DNA of 64,000 nt. It comes from Parcubacteria group bacterium Gr01-1014_20. GTDB taxonomy: Bacteria; Patescibacteriota; Minisyncoccia; UBA6257; 2-01-FULL-56-20. The stretch spans positions 2,455 through 66,454 of the forward strand of contig VMFW01000001.1 of the NCBI GenBank assembly GCA_007376265.1. Direction: 5' to 3'. Position numbers and translations under genes: made by a program. Shown here one piece after another: positions 18,651 through 26,442 of this stretch (positions within the stretch are counted from its first letter, which is position 1; each line of letters opens with the position of its first letter). Under the pieces are notes generated by a model. It saw only the letters and a list, made by a program, of their open reading frames with translations. It made no database searches and was not told the origin of the DNA.

Positions 18651-19088
18651 TTAGTACCAAGCCGAAATATTCGGGTAGTGATTTATAACACAATTTTTAT
18701 CGATATTTGTCAATATTGGCTTTGGTTTCTTTTCACCGGTTAATTTTATAGCGATAAGATCAATCTGCCAACCGAGCGGTGAGTTGGTTAGGTGCTTGTG
18801 GCGGTTGAAAAAGTACTCACAAGTTTTTTCAAGTTTTTTGAGTTTAGAGCGACTCAGGTTGTCTTCTGGGCTAAGGTCGTTGCCTGATTCATTGCCGCTT
18901 GGTTCTTGCCGAATTGTTTTTACTTCAAAGAAGATCACTTTTCCCTCTTTTGATTTTGCAATAATATCAATTTCTCCCCACGGCCGACTAAAGTTTTTTG
19001 TGATTATTTTATACCCAAGCCTGGTTACAAATCTTTCAGCTAAAACTTCTCCGTCTTTGCCGATTTGTAGATGTTTAGCGCTAAACAT
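18651..19088 (-). CDS. yraN: YraN/UPF0102-family endonuclease-like protein
   Basis: GExDIIA...VIFFEVKT motif. Its start codon lies inside the first palindromic repeat. Confidence 0.7.
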   Translation of the reverse strand: MFSAKHLQIGKDGEVLAERFVTRLGYKIITKNFSRPWGEIDIIAKSKEGKVIFFEVKTIRQEPSGNESGNDLSPEDNLSRSKLKKLEKTCEYFFNRHKHLTNSPLGWQIDLIAIKLTGEKKPKPILTNIDKNCVINHYPNISAWY

Positions 19089-19339
19089 AGGTAACTCAAT
19101 ATTAGCAAAAAAATTAGCTTTTTTAAGCTTATCAGCTTAGGTCGGTTTTTCTCAGTGTTTAGCGCTAAACACTGTTTTTAGTGATTTTCGGCTTTTTCTA
19201 GGTTTTACAAGGCTACTGGGTTACTGGCGATATCTGAATGTTTAGCGCTAAACATTATTTTACGAGCAATTTAGTTTTATCTAGGTTTTACTTGACTATT
19301 GGGTTCTTCGGCCAGTATTAATGTTTAGCGCTAAACATT
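19071..19339. repeat. Four copies of a perfect palindrome (core TGTTTAGCGCTAAACA, 18-22 bp) spaced about 82 bp apart; copies 2-4 sit in about 82-bp tandem units
   Basis: Copies at 19071-19088, 19153-19174, 19237-19256 and 19320-19339, read directly from the sequence. They lie in the divergent region between the yraN-yebC-ruvC operon (minus) and ruvA (plus). Confidence 0.9.
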
Positions 19340-19379
19340 GTTTTTGCTCTATGGGTGCTTTTGGTTATAATTGCTAGAT

Positions 19380-19964
19380 ATGATTGAGTTTGTTCGTGGG
19401 AAGCTTGTTTCGAGGACAGACGATAGTCTTGTTGTGGATTTGGGTGGTTTTGGGATGAGAATATTTGTTTCGAAGTTTAGTCTAACGCACTTTTCTGCGG
19501 TTGTTCCCGGACAAGAAATAATGGTTTTTTGCCAACTTCGTCTTCGTGAGGATGGAGCCGATCTTTATGGGTTTTATAATCAGGACGAACTTCGAATTTT
19601 TAGACTTCTAAATACGATTTCTGGAGTTGGCCCAAAATCAGCTATTTCAATATTAAATATTGCAAGCCTTGAAGAATTAGTTTCAGCAATAAGTGAAAAA
19701 AGAGCTGATTTGCTAACTAGCGCGTCCGGGGTTGGTCGGAAAACCGCGGAGAGGATAATCCTCGAGTTGAGCGGTAGGGTTGTCGCGCCTAGGGCAGACG
19801 AGGTCGTGAAGAAGATGGAGATTGATCAAGACATAGTCGAAACCCTGGTTGGTCTAGGTTATCGAAAAGATGAGGCCCAAAGAGTTATAAGTAAGATCGA
19901 CGCAAGTGTTCAGGATATAAATTCTCGGCTGAAGTTGGCTCTCAAGATTTTAGCGAAAAGATAA
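19380..19964 (+). CDS. ruvA: Holliday junction DNA helicase subunit RuvA
   Basis: MIEFVRGKL N-terminus and HhH motifs. The ATG at 19380 is preferred over the TTG at 19371. Confidence 0.9.
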   Translation: MIEFVRGKLVSRTDDSLVVDLGGFGMRIFVSKFSLTHFSAVVPGQEIMVFCQLRLREDGADLYGFYNQDELRIFRLLNTISGVGPKSAISILNIASLEELVSAISEKRADLLTSASGVGRKTAERIILELSGRVVAPRADEVVKKMEIDQDIVETLVGLGYRKDEAQRVISKIDASVQDINSRLKLALKILAKR

Positions 19965-19971
19965 GACAAAG

Positions 19972-21237
19972 ATGCCCCCCCAAAAAAACTCTCCATTGGC
20001 AAGGTTTTTCTATCGGTTTGAATTTCTTAGATTGCTTTATCACTTTTGTCTATCTTTTTGGGCAGCCCTTTTTTACCACTTTCCCAGTAGAAAAACTTTT
20101 GTAATCGGAGTTACGGGAACCAAGGGGAAGACAACGGTTGTTGATTTGGTTAATCGTATTCTCGAAACAGCCGGGAAGAAAACCGCTGTCCTCTCCTCTC
20201 TCTATTTTAAGATTGGCGAAGATCGGGAGGAAAACTTAACCGAGAACACTATGCCTGGACGGTTTTTTGTCCAGGGCTTTTTAGATAGGGCGGTTAGGGC
20301 TGGGTGCGGTTACGCTGTCGTCGAGGTTACATCGGAGGGGATTCGATATTACAGGCATCGATTTATCAATTGGAATTTGGCGCTGATCACCAACTTAGCT
20401 CCAGAACACATTGAGTCCCACGGCTCCTTCGAAAAATATCGGGAAGCGAAACTTGATTTTTTAAAATATGCGGCCGCGAAAGGAGCAAAAATTTTTCTTA
20501 ACAACGACGACCAGGGCTCTAGTTTTTTTTTCAATCAACTCGGGAGAGAAAAAATTACTGCATATTCGATAGCCGACAGGCTAGTCGAGTCATTCCTAAC
20601 CTTAACCCCAAGTCAGGCCATTGACAAAAGCACTAATTTATTGTTTAAGAAATTCAACCTTTCGAACGTCGCGGCGGCGGTTGCGATTGCGAAATACTTA
20701 GGGGTTGGAGAAGTAGAGATAATTATGGCGCTTAAAGGCTTTAACGGTTTGCCGGGGCGCATGGACGTGATCCAGTGGGACCCGTTTCAATTCATTGTTG
20801 ATTATGCTCACACCCCCGAGAGTCTAGAAAAATTTTATCAAACAGTTAAGGAGGGACCACGGCAAAAAACAAAGTTAATTTGCATTCTTGGTTCGGCTGG
20901 CGGAGGAAGAGATAAATGGAAGCGGCCGGCGATGGGGAAAATCGCCGCTAATTATTGCGAGTCAATAATATTGACGAACGAAGACCCATACGACGAGGAC
21001 CCAAAAGAAATTCTGAAAGATATCAGGGTCGGGATTGGAGATGGAGTTTTGGTTTTAGAGGTTCTTGACCGCCGGGAAGCGATTTTAAAGGCCGTTGAGT
21101 TGGCGAACGCCGGTGACTCGGTGGTTATAACCGGGAAAGGAAGCGAGCCGTATATTCACGTTTCGGATGGCAGAAAAATCGCATGGAGTGATAAGGGAGT
21201 GGCCGAGGAGGTTTTGGAAATGAAAAAGCTCCGCTAG
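19972..21237 (+). CDS. Mur ligase family protein (MurE-like, lacking the usual N-terminal domain)
   Basis: GVTGTKGKTT P-loop, NLAPEHIESHGSFEKY, and DYAHTPESLEKFY close to the MurE motif DYAHTPDAL. Confidence 0.7.
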   Translation: MPPQKNSPLARFFYRFEFLRLLYHFCLSFWAALFYHFPSRKTFVIGVTGTKGKTTVVDLVNRILETAGKKTAVLSSLYFKIGEDREENLTENTMPGRFFVQGFLDRAVRAGCGYAVVEVTSEGIRYYRHRFINWNLALITNLAPEHIESHGSFEKYREAKLDFLKYAAAKGAKIFLNNDDQGSSFFFNQLGREKITAYSIADRLVESFLTLTPSQAIDKSTNLLFKKFNLSNVAAAVAIAKYLGVGEVEIIMALKGFNGLPGRMDVIQWDPFQFIVDYAHTPESLEKFYQTVKEGPRQKTKLICILGSAGGGRDKWKRPAMGKIAANYCESIILTNEDPYDEDPKEILKDIRVGIGDGVLVLEVLDRREAILKAVELANAGDSVVITGKGSEPYIHVSDGRKIAWSDKGVAEEVLEMKKLR

Positions 21238-21286
21238 TAATTTGCGGAGCTACTTCTTTATTTCAGCATCTCTCTTGAGGTACTTC

Positions 21287-21550
21287 TTAGAGTAGTAGGA
21301 GCTGGGTGATGGCGGAGCGATTTTTCTTCGCGTTTTTTCCATTGAGGGCGGCGTAGGCGTGTCGGCGAGCGGAAACCATGATGTGTTCAGGAACCCAAGT
21401 TCCCTCTGGGCCCATACGATTAGTCGACTCATCAGCCTTTGAGGTGAGAGTGATCCTCCCCCCGATCAGTGAGAAGCTCAAAAGGAACTCTTCGTTTTTG
21501 ATAGTGACTTTGCCGCTGGCTCTGTCTACGGAGACGATCTCGGGTGACAT
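21287..21550 (-). CDS. Hypothetical small protein
   Basis: 87 aa ORF with a GGGGG SD-like element 6 nt upstream; no recognisable family. Confidence 0.3.
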   Translation of the reverse strand: MSPEIVSVDRASGKVTIKNEEFLLSFSLIGGRITLTSKADESTNRMGPEGTWVPEHIMVSARRHAYAALNGKNAKKNRSAITQLLLL

Positions 21551-21746
21551 AATTTCCCCCTTGTGAGCGGTTTTAAGGAACTAGACTCGTAGTTTAATTC
21601 TAGCATGTATTTTCCTGTTTGTCAATATGAGGTCTTTCTTGTAAGTTCTGTTGGCTGTGATTTTTTATTGTTAACCCTCTAAGAGGACGGAGGTTTTTGC
21701 TCACGGTCCCTGAAAATGCTAGAATTCAGCTTACTTTGATTAGTTG

Positions 21747-23093
21747 ATGAAAATAATATTTTACGGGGGAGCGAACAGCGTAACTGGTTCGAATTACTAC
21801 CTAGAAAACGCGGAGACAAGAGTTCTGGTAGATTGCGGATTGCATCAAGGGAGTAATTTCGCCGAGCGGCGAAATTTTGAGCCGCTCCCATACGACGCGA
21901 AGAAAATCGACGCGGTTTTTATTACCCACTCTCACATTGATCACATCGGTCTTTTGCCTAAGCTTCTCCGGGATGGCTTTCGGGGCAAGATTTATTCCAC
22001 TAAACCCACGAAAGATTTTGCCGAACTGATGCTTCTCGACTCCGAGCATATTTTAGGCGAAGAGGCCAAGAAATGGAAAAAACCCGCGCTCTACGGAGCA
22101 GAGGACGTTTCAAAGGTGATGGCGGTTTGGGTGGGGGTTGAGTACCACGCTCCGGTTGAGGTGGGAGATCTTTCAGCCGAATTTTTTGACGCGGGACATA
22201 TTTTGGGTTCGGCATTTATCCGAATTTCCGGGAGCGGAAAGTCGGTGGTTTTCTCTGGTGACCTAGGAAATTATCCTGCGCCAATTATTAAATCAACAGA
22301 AAAGATTCCCGAGGCCGATTACTGTCTTATCGAATCAACCTACGGAGATCGAGTTCATGAGGGCGCCGAAAGCAGGTTGGAGCAACTCGAGGACGCGATT
22401 GAGGACATCAATCGGTCAAAAGGAGTTCTTTTAATACCGGCTTTTGCGATGGAGCGCACCCAGCAGTTGCTCTATGAGTTGAATGAGTTGGTTGAAAACG
22501 GCAGAGTCCCGAAAATCCCTGTTTATATTGATAGCCCCCTGGCGATTAAGCTCACGTCGGTTTACAAGAAGTATCGAAATTACTTCAACGAAGAAGCCGC
22601 CGGTCTCATCAGAGGCGGCGACGACATTTTGGACTTTAAAGGATTACATCTGACCCTAACCACCGATCAGTCGAAGGAAATTAATAATGTTCATCCACCA
22701 AAAGTGGTGGTAGCCGGATCCGGAATGTCCCACGGGGGGAGGATCTTGCATCACGAGAGGAGGTATTTGCCAGATCCAAACTCAATGGTTCTTTTTATTG
22801 GTTATCAAGGCAGTGGGTCTTTGGGAAGGATGATCCTTGATGGGGCGCGAGAGGTAAAGATTATGGGCGAAAGCATTCCGGTAAGGGCCAGAGTGAGAAG
22901 GATTAGCGCTTACTCTGCTCACGCGGATCAGCCGCGCTTGCTCGAGTGGCTTAAGCCAGCGAGGCAGGTTTTGAAAAATGTTTTTGTGGTTCAGGGCGAG
23001 AGTGGTTCGAGTGAAGCGTTAGCCCAGAAAATCAATGACGAGCTGGCGATTCAAACCACCATCCCAAGTCAGGGACAGGAATGTGAGTTATAA
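21747..23093 (+). CDS. MBL-fold metallo-hydrolase, beta-CASP RNA-metabolising family
   Basis: HSHIDHIG motif plus beta-CASP C-terminal region; ATG at 21747. Confidence 0.8.
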   Translation: MKIIFYGGANSVTGSNYYLENAETRVLVDCGLHQGSNFAERRNFEPLPYDAKKIDAVFITHSHIDHIGLLPKLLRDGFRGKIYSTKPTKDFAELMLLDSEHILGEEAKKWKKPALYGAEDVSKVMAVWVGVEYHAPVEVGDLSAEFFDAGHILGSAFIRISGSGKSVVFSGDLGNYPAPIIKSTEKIPEADYCLIESTYGDRVHEGAESRLEQLEDAIEDINRSKGVLLIPAFAMERTQQLLYELNELVENGRVPKIPVYIDSPLAIKLTSVYKKYRNYFNEEAAGLIRGGDDILDFKGLHLTLTTDQSKEINNVHPPKVVVAGSGMSHGGRILHHERRYLPDPNSMVLFIGYQGSGSLGRMILDGAREVKIMGESIPVRARVRRISAYSAHADQPRLLEWLKPARQVLKNVFVVQGESGSSEALAQKINDELAIQTTIPSQGQECEL

Positions 23094-23100
23094 TTAGAGA

Positions 23101-23718
23101 ATGGCTAGAACTGAAAAAAACGAAAAGAAGGTGCCTCTATCAAAGGTGTTGTATGAGCAGAAATACAAAATTGCTGTTTCGGGCGCGGCAGAGACCAGTC
23201 ACTGTCTTCCGGGGGCGAAAGAAAGAGCCGAAGAGATCGGACGACTGATTGCGAGAAGAGGGATGATTTTGATTACGGGGGCCACGACGGGGTTACCTTA
23301 TTGGGCGGCTAAGGGCGCCAAGGAAGAGGGCGGGGTGGTGATTGGTTTTTCGCCGGCGGCCTCGCGAATAGCTCATATCAATGTTTATCATTTACCGGTT
23401 GATTATCACGATGTTATCGTCTACACCGGGTTTGATTATTCTGGAAGGAACTTGATTTTGATTCGGGCGGCGGATGGAATAGTAACGGTTTGTGGCCGGA
23501 TGGGAACCCTGAATGAATTTACGATTGCGTTTGAGGATAAAAAACCTCAGGCGGTGTTTACGCCAAGTGGTGGCACCACCGATATGATTCAGGAGATAAT
23601 TAAGGTGGCGAAGCGGGGCCATGGGCAGGTGGTGTTTGAGAGCGACCCGAATCGCTTACTAGATCGACTAGTTGAGGTTATAAAGAAAGAACAAGGAGGG
23701 AAGGGGTCCTCGGGCTAA
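23101..23718 (+). CDS. LOG/TIGR00725-like Rossmann-fold protein
   Basis: ITGATTGLPYWAAKGAKEEGGVVIGFSP motif typical of the LOG/SLOG family. Confidence 0.55.
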   Translation: MARTEKNEKKVPLSKVLYEQKYKIAVSGAAETSHCLPGAKERAEEIGRLIARRGMILITGATTGLPYWAAKGAKEEGGVVIGFSPAASRIAHINVYHLPVDYHDVIVYTGFDYSGRNLILIRAADGIVTVCGRMGTLNEFTIAFEDKKPQAVFTPSGGTTDMIQEIIKVAKRGHGQVVFESDPNRLLDRLVEVIKKEQGGKGSSG

Positions 23719-23739
23719 AAAGCAGGTAAGCTTTGCGGT

Positions 23740-24840
23740 ATGTTTGATCGATTGAGTCAGTCGATAAGGGGTGGGGGTTTGGTGGCGGCAACGACGATTG
23801 GGGCCGGGATTTTTGTGCTCCCTTACGTTTTTTTACGAGGGGGCTGGCTCGTTGGTATTTTGTATTTTCTCATTCTGGGCTTTTTGGTGGTCTTCGCTCA
23901 CCATCTATTTTCGGAGGTTTTTTCAAAGGCGGGTGACAAGAGGGGGCTTTTGGGGTTAATTAGGGATAACTTCGGAGGAGGATTTTTTTACTTCGCGACT
24001 ATTGTGTTTAAAGGGGGACTTTTTTTAACGCTGGTTATTTATTTGCTCCTTGGGTCAAGCTTTATGACGATGGTTTTTCCCGGAGTAAATCACGGAGTGG
24101 CTTTGGCGTGGTTTTGGGTGATCGCTTCTTTCCCGATACTTTTAAGTTTGCGGCGATTCGTCGGGTTGGAGGTGGGAGCGACTCTGCTAATGGCCTTAAT
24201 TGTGGCTTTCGTTTTCGCGAAGGGTTTGCCGATTGATATTGAACGAGTCGGTCCGCCGGTCGGCGACTGGTTTTTTCCGTTTGGGCACGTGCTTTTTGCT
24301 CTGGCTGGATGGACGGCGGTCTACCCCTTATACGAAATTTCAAAAAAGAGAAAGAGCTTAATTTATCCGCTGATTTTCGGAACCGGAGTCTCGATCGCGA
24401 TTTACTTGTTTTTTGTTTTAGGGATAACGAGCGGGGCGCCAAACATCACTCCCGACGCTATTTCTGGTTTGACAGATTGGCCCAACTGGCAGATTGACCT
24501 TTTGGCGGTGCTTGGACTTTTCGCGATTTGGACTTCTTACGGGCCGATTGGTCTTGAGATCCGGAGTTCGTTTGAAAAAGACCTGAGGGTTTCTAGAATA
24601 GTAAGTTTCTTGGCGGTGCTTTTTGTCCCACTCATTCTGATTTGGTTAGGGTTTAATAACTTTTTAGAAATGGTGGGTTTGGTTGGCGGAGTTTTTCTGG
24701 CCTTCCAATATCTATTGATAGTTTTAGTTAGTAGAAAAGTGTTAGCTCTTAGGGGTTTTAGGAGAGTTGTTTCCGCTTTAGTGATTCTTATTTTTGCGCT
24801 GGCGGTTGTTTACGAAATTTACTATTTTGTAATAAAGTAG
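23740..24840 (+). CDS. Polytopic membrane protein, amino-acid permease-like
   Basis: About 10-11 TM helices; no soluble domain. Confidence 0.45.
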   Translation: MFDRLSQSIRGGGLVAATTIGAGIFVLPYVFLRGGWLVGILYFLILGFLVVFAHHLFSEVFSKAGDKRGLLGLIRDNFGGGFFYFATIVFKGGLFLTLVIYLLLGSSFMTMVFPGVNHGVALAWFWVIASFPILLSLRRFVGLEVGATLLMALIVAFVFAKGLPIDIERVGPPVGDWFFPFGHVLFALAGWTAVYPLYEISKKRKSLIYPLIFGTGVSIAIYLFFVLGITSGAPNITPDAISGLTDWPNWQIDLLAVLGLFAIWTSYGPIGLEIRSSFEKDLRVSRIVSFLAVLFVPLILIWLGFNNFLEMVGLVGGVFLAFQYLLIVLVSRKVLALRGFRRVVSALVILIFALAVVYEIYYFVIK

Positions 24841-24845
24841 AGCAG

Positions 24846-24917
24846 GCCCTCATAGTTGAATGGATACAATGTCTCCCTCCGAAGGAGGAGGTGCAGGTTC
24901 GATTCCTGCTGAGGGCA
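24846..24917 (+). tRNA. tRNA-Arg(CCG)
   Basis: Hand-folded cloverleaf: acceptor gccctca/tgagggc, anticodon loop ctCCGaa, T-loop ttcgatt, discriminator A. CCA is not encoded. Confidence 0.85.
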
Positions 24918-24936
24918 CACGAAGAGAGTAAAATTA

Positions 24937-24964
24937 AAGCCGCTTCTTTTTTGGGAAGCGGCTT
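24937..24964. terminator. Bidirectional terminator hairpin
   Basis: aagccgcttc ttttttgg gaagcggctt, a 10-bp stem lying between tRNA-Arg (plus) and the zinc-ribbon gene (minus). Confidence 0.6.
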
Positions 24965-24970
24965 TGGTTT

Positions 24971-25273
24971 CTAGCGCGCTCGAGGGGGGACTCTTTGATG
25001 GTTCGGGAGGCTCATAAGACCACCGGGCGGGTTCTGGTTTTCGGTCCGGAGGCTTTGCTCAGCAGCCTTTTGGAGTTTGTGGTTGTGGTGACAAGTCTTA
25101 CAACGCTTGGGGTCGTGGGCGTATCCCTTTTCTTCAAAGTACTCTCGGGCGCTTTTTGGGAAAGTGAACTCTTCGTGGCAGTCAACGCAGGTAAGAATAA
25201 CAGGTTTTCCTTCGGCGGATGGTCTTTCGCTTCTGGCGGTCGCCGAACTTCCGCCGGGAATACTCTCTGCCAT
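24971..25273 (-). CDS. Zinc-ribbon protein (C-x2-C ... C-x2-C), function unknown
   Basis: LTCVDCHEEFTF...KRCKTCHH motif. Confidence 0.4.
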   Translation of the reverse strand: MAESIPGGSSATARSERPSAEGKPVILTCVDCHEEFTFPKSAREYFEEKGYAHDPKRCKTCHHNHKLQKAAEQSLRTENQNPPGGLMSLPNHQRVPPRAR

Positions 25274-25439
25274 TTTTCCCCCAGAGAGGTTTGGTTGGGG
25301 TTTGTTTTTGTCTTGCCGAACGTGAGCGCTTTTTAGATACTTCTGTTCCTAAGTATAGTTTTTTATGCCGAGAAAGTAAACGCTGATATGAATCTTTAAG
25401 ACCTGTTTGGCTATTCTTTTTCTCCTGTATAATGTACGC

Positions 25440-26069
25440 ATGGATAAAGTCGGGCTTTTAAAAGAAGTTGAGCAAGAGATGATTCAAAATCGAGGCTTGC
25501 CTCTACGGGAGGCGAACTTAGTTTTTGGTGAAGGTGACGTTAACTGCAGTGTGATGTTTATCGGGGAAGCGCCGGGTTTTCATGAAAACGAGGCCAAACG
25601 GCCGTTTGTCGGACGGGGAGGACAGTTGTTGCGAAGGCTGATAAGGGAGCTCGGTTGGCTAGAGCAGGATGTCTATATCACAAATATCGTGAAGAGGCGG
25701 CCGCCGGAGAATCGGGACCCTAGCCCCGAGGAGATAGAGGCTTATCGACCCTACCTGGCGCGTCAGATTGAGATAATCAATCCCAAAATTGTTGTCCCTT
25801 TGGGCCGTTTTTCCATGAATTATTTTTTGCCGGAGGCGAAGATAACCCGTGACCAGGGAAGAGCTTTTAAGATTAACCATAGGCTTATTGTGCCGATGTT
25901 TCACCCGGCGGCGGCTCTTAGGTCAACTGGGGTTTTGGATCAGCTCCGGGCAAGTTTTTTGAGGTTGCCGCGTATAATCGGGGGAGAGGTTTTTGACGCG
26001 AACGTTTTAGTTTCATCACGAGAAGTAAAGCCGGCTACTCCCAAACAGGATCAAGTCAGCTTGTTTTAA
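25440..26069 (+). CDS. Uracil-DNA glycosylase, family 4
   Basis: GEAPGFHENEAKRPFVGRGGQLL and a C-terminal HPAA motif. The ATG at 25440 is preferred because the track start at 25407 is TTG. Confidence 0.85.
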   Translation: MDKVGLLKEVEQEMIQNRGLPLREANLVFGEGDVNCSVMFIGEAPGFHENEAKRPFVGRGGQLLRRLIRELGWLEQDVYITNIVKRRPPENRDPSPEEIEAYRPYLARQIEIINPKIVVPLGRFSMNYFLPEAKITRDQGRAFKINHRLIVPMFHPAAALRSTGVLDQLRASFLRLPRIIGGEVFDANVLVSSREVKPATPKQDQVSLF

Positions 26070-26091
26070 TTTTTTGGAATATAATTAAACC

Positions 26092-26442
26092 ATGGCCATC
26101 GTTTACCTTTTGAGTCGTCTTGGATATAGGACTTTGGATTTTTTTCATCACTGGTATTACCACGGATCAAGAGTTTTAACGAATTACTTTTTTGCATTCC
26201 TCGAGAAGCTGGATCGAGGGGTGGCCTTAAAAATAACACTGAAGTATTTTTTTCAGCCACTCTATAAAGACTACACGGTGATTGGCAGAATTCTGGGCGT
26301 GATTTTCAGAACTTTCAGAGTTGGCATTGGTTTCGTTGTCTATGGTTTTTTTGGATTTTTATTTACGGGCATTTACTTGGCTTGGGTTTTGCTTTTGCCA
26401 GCGATTCTTTTCTTTTTTGTGAGGAATTTATTTTTTCAATGA
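26092..26442 (+). CDS. Small membrane protein translationally coupled to the Clp-like ATPase
   Basis: Two C-terminal TM helices; its TGA stop overlaps the downstream ATG as ATGA. Confidence 0.5.
   Translation: MAIVYLLSRLGYRTLDFFHHWYYHGSRVLTNYFFAFLEKLDRGVALKITLKYFFQPLYKDYTVIGRILGVIFRTFRVGIGFVVYGFFGFLFTGIYLAWVLLLPAILFFFVRNLFFQ

Noticed and set aside
19071-19339. CRISPR array or intrinsic terminators as an explanation for the repeated palindromes
   Set aside because: There are only four copies. The repeats are perfect no-loop palindromes that cannot form stable hairpins. The spacers between them are themselves repeated, and no cas genes are nearby.
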